Virus record (IMG/VR): IMGVR_UViG_3300048575_000392
Span: 12,145 to 76,144 of that record
Length of the DNA: 64,000 nucleotides
Strand: one strand, 5' to 3'
Source: a virus
Taxonomy: Duplodnaviria > Caudoviricetes
In this document: positions 62,178-64,000 of the stretch, one piece after another
How the letters are laid out: every line of letters begins with the position of its first letter
How positions within the stretch are numbered: position 1 is the stretch's first letter
Notes under the pieces: model-generated
Seen by the model: only the letters and a program-made list of their open reading frames with translations
Told to the model about the DNA's origin: nothing
Databases searched by the model: none
Position numbers and translations under genes: made by a program

Positions 62178-62756
62178 TTAATCAAGCCTCGATTTTGAAC
62201 TGGACCGATCCGCTCTATACACATCCATCGCCTTATCTATTATTATTTTTAGCCATTTCCCTGATACGTATGTTACATGTTCAATACCGTAGCCAGAGTT
62301 TTCCCAGACAACAACTACTTCCTCGTTTTTTCTCCAAGAAGCCGTTTCGTATTGATAGCTACCGTATGAACCACGCACAGGAGAAACATCCCCATACTGA
62401 GTCTCCAATTCCTTTAATATCCTGTTTTGATTAAACTCAATTTCTACGGCCGATAAATACTGCCCCACAAAATAAAACTTCAACTTTTCTTTTTCAGATT
62501 CATATGCAGTAATACTTTTCGTTTCGTAGGCTAATGGATTCGGAACCCCTGATTCAATCTCATTAGAATAGAAGTACATTAATGCATACGAAGGTACAGG
62601 CCAGCGTATATAATCATACGCCTTTAAGTCTGGGCACTTCGCTGTAATTTGACTAAGCGTCATTCCCCAACCATAGCCCTTATACCCATTCTGGGCGTAT
62701 CCAGCGGTACACAATAACGCCCCCATAAACAACAGTGCGAGTAAATGCTTTTTCAT
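62178..62756 (-). CDS. Secreted/periplasmic protein, candidate moron or superinfection-exclusion protein
   Basis: Signal peptide MKKHLLALLFMGALLCTAGYA; low GC; ATGA-coupled to the integrase. Confidence 0.65.
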   Translation of the reverse strand: MKKHLLALLFMGALLCTAGYAQNGYKGYGWGMTLSQITAKCPDLKAYDYIRWPVPSYALMYFYSNEIESGVPNPLAYETKSITAYESEKEKLKFYFVGQYLSAVEIEFNQNRILKELETQYGDVSPVRGSYGSYQYETASWRKNEEVVVVWENSGYGIEHVTYVSGKWLKIIIDKAMDVYRADRSSSKSRLD

Positions 62757-64000
62757 AACCCCTCCTCGACCAAGGGTAAAAATAGTCCGTCGATTACTTC
62801 AAGGACGCCCTTCATGTCTGTCACATTAAAGTGAGTATAACCCTTTTGAACGCGCGTAACACGGGGGCCATCCTCACTCCATCCAAGGTATTCACGAACA
62901 AGGAGCGGATTGCATCCCGCCTGGAGAAGTATTGTGTTAAGAGAATGCCGAAGGCTATGCGGCGTCCGCTTATGCCCATCGATATCGAGCGCTGGGAGTT
63001 TCGACTTCAGCATGGGACCTTCGAAGTTTTTCTTCCACCACGTCGCTCCTCGGCGCGCTCCCTTCTTCTTCTCTTTCTCCTCTTCGCAGAAGAGAAGATC
63101 CTTGGCGGCCGTCATCTTCCTTGTCGGCTTGTATAACTCAAGGAGCTTCTTCGCTGATTCAGACGCGGGGATCGCGCGAGGCTTATCCCATTTCGGCTCT
63201 CCCGGTTCCGCAGTATCCTTCCAGGCATTCACGATGTCGAGAGTAAAGTCGGGGAAAAAACATCCCCACGGGAAGGCGAGAACTTCACCGCATCGCATCC
63301 CTGTCATAGCATCGAACAAGAAGCAGAAGAGGGCCTCCTTGTTCGTCCAATTTTCATTTTTGAAAAGAACCAGCAATTCTTCACGCGTATAGACACCGCG
63401 GGGGTTTTCTTCGGGGTCTAGGCGAACGATGCCCGAGCACGGGTTGTAGAGGAGGTCACGATTCAGGCACGCTTCTCTGAAAATGACCTTCACTCCAGCC
63501 ATGATTTTGTTGATCGTCTCCGCAGCGAGAGGCTTGGCCGAGGACTCGATCTTGGGCTCTGGCTCAGGATCTCCATCCTTACGTTCTTTCGGCTTCTTTT
63601 CCTGTTTCGCAACAGCCTTCTTCTCGAGACGAGCCCGATAATCCGTAATGTCGCGGATAGTGATATCGCTCATCACCTTGCTCGCGAGAGGGTCAGTGAA
63701 AAGGTGGTTCTCAAGATAGGCGCGCATGATCCGCGCGCTCTTCTTCGTGATACGGCGGCCTATCCGCTGAATATGGGGGCAGCGATCGTAGATGTAGAAC
63801 GGGTCCGCGTAGACGCGAAGGGTCATGCGCCCTTCGGCCTTTTGCTCGGCCTCTTTCAAGGCCTGCATGACCACGGTCATCGCTTCGCCTTTCAGTTTAG
63901 TTCCCGTCGTTTTGTAATCTTTCCAGCCCGCGAGCTTATACACGTAGTAGCCGGTATCCGGTCGTATTCTGAGCGACCACGGCAATGTATTTCTTCCCAT
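62753..64000 (-). CDS. int: Tyrosine recombinase (integrase)
   Basis: GMRCGE, HSLRH, LGW and GYTH catalytic motifs; N-terminal arm-binding-like region; start at the window edge. Confidence 0.9.
   Translation of the reverse strand: MGRNTLPWSLRIRPDTGYYVYKLAGWKDYKTTGTKLKGEAMTVVMQALKEAEQKAEGRMTLRVYADPFYIYDRCPHIQRIGRRITKKSARIMRAYLENHLFTDPLASKVMSDITIRDITDYRARLEKKAVAKQEKKPKERKDGDPEPEPKIESSAKPLAAETINKIMAGVKVIFREACLNRDLLYNPCSGIVRLDPEENPRGVYTREELLVLFKNENWTNKEALFCFLFDAMTGMRCGEVLAFPWGCFFPDFTLDIVNAWKDTAEPGEPKWDKPRAIPASESAKKLLELYKPTRKMTAAKDLLFCEEEKEKKKGARRGATWWKKNFEGPMLKSKLPALDIDGHKRTPHSLRHSLNTILLQAGCNPLLVREYLGWSEDGPRVTRVQKGYTHFNVTDMKGVLEVIDGLFLPLVEEGL

Larger units (their letters stand above)
1..64000 (-). 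mobile_element. Temperate myovirus prophage, extending beyond the left edge
   Basis: Continuous integrase, lysogeny, early, packaging, head and tail gene order; no host genes recognised. Confidence 0.9.

Noticed and set aside
62156-63392. + strand ORFs 62156..62434, 62831..63136 and 62910..63392
   Set aside because: Antisense to the well-supported secreted protein and integrase, with no independent signals.

Overview
The window is most of a GC-rich temperate myovirus (prophage) genome, and nearly all genes lie on the minus strand. From right to left: tyrosine integrase (to the window edge); a low-GC lysogeny region with a secreted protein, an iteron-rich non-coding stretch, a mini-MuF gene and two divergent ribbon-helix-helix regulators; a long early operon (DUF3560-like protein, tRNA-Gly, transglycosylase, lipase, RtcB, radical SAM, antirepressor, Mtd-like DGR-target protein, YqaJ/RecT recombination, replication initiator, SSB, DNA methyltransferase); then terminase, portal, MuF, three giant polyvalent head proteins (DarB-like methylase-helicase; RelA/SpoT-zincin-pyrophosphatase; SNF2), prohead protease/scaffold, major capsid, neck, sheath, tube, chaperones, tape measure and a partial tail/baseplate gene. 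The head and tail genes resemble SPO1/Twort-like (Herelleviridae-type) modules, and the SSB resembles spirochaete SSBs; both are recognised from memory, not from a search. Best leads: (1) a small gene with its own near-consensus sigma70 promoter and RBS, nested antisense inside the polyvalent protein right after its RelA/SpoT domain, a likely hidden antitoxin; (2) a repeated K|S/A-linked N-terminal module suggesting protease-processed, capsid-targeted cargo polyproteins; (3) a lysogeny-region mini-MuF built from two pieces of the phage's own MuF; (4) a DGR-type target with a variable-region signature and hairpin but no reverse transcriptase or template repeat in the window; (5) a second copy of the ori-like iteron block and a duplicated late promoter-leader-terminator motif. 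All product calls come from motif recognition only.
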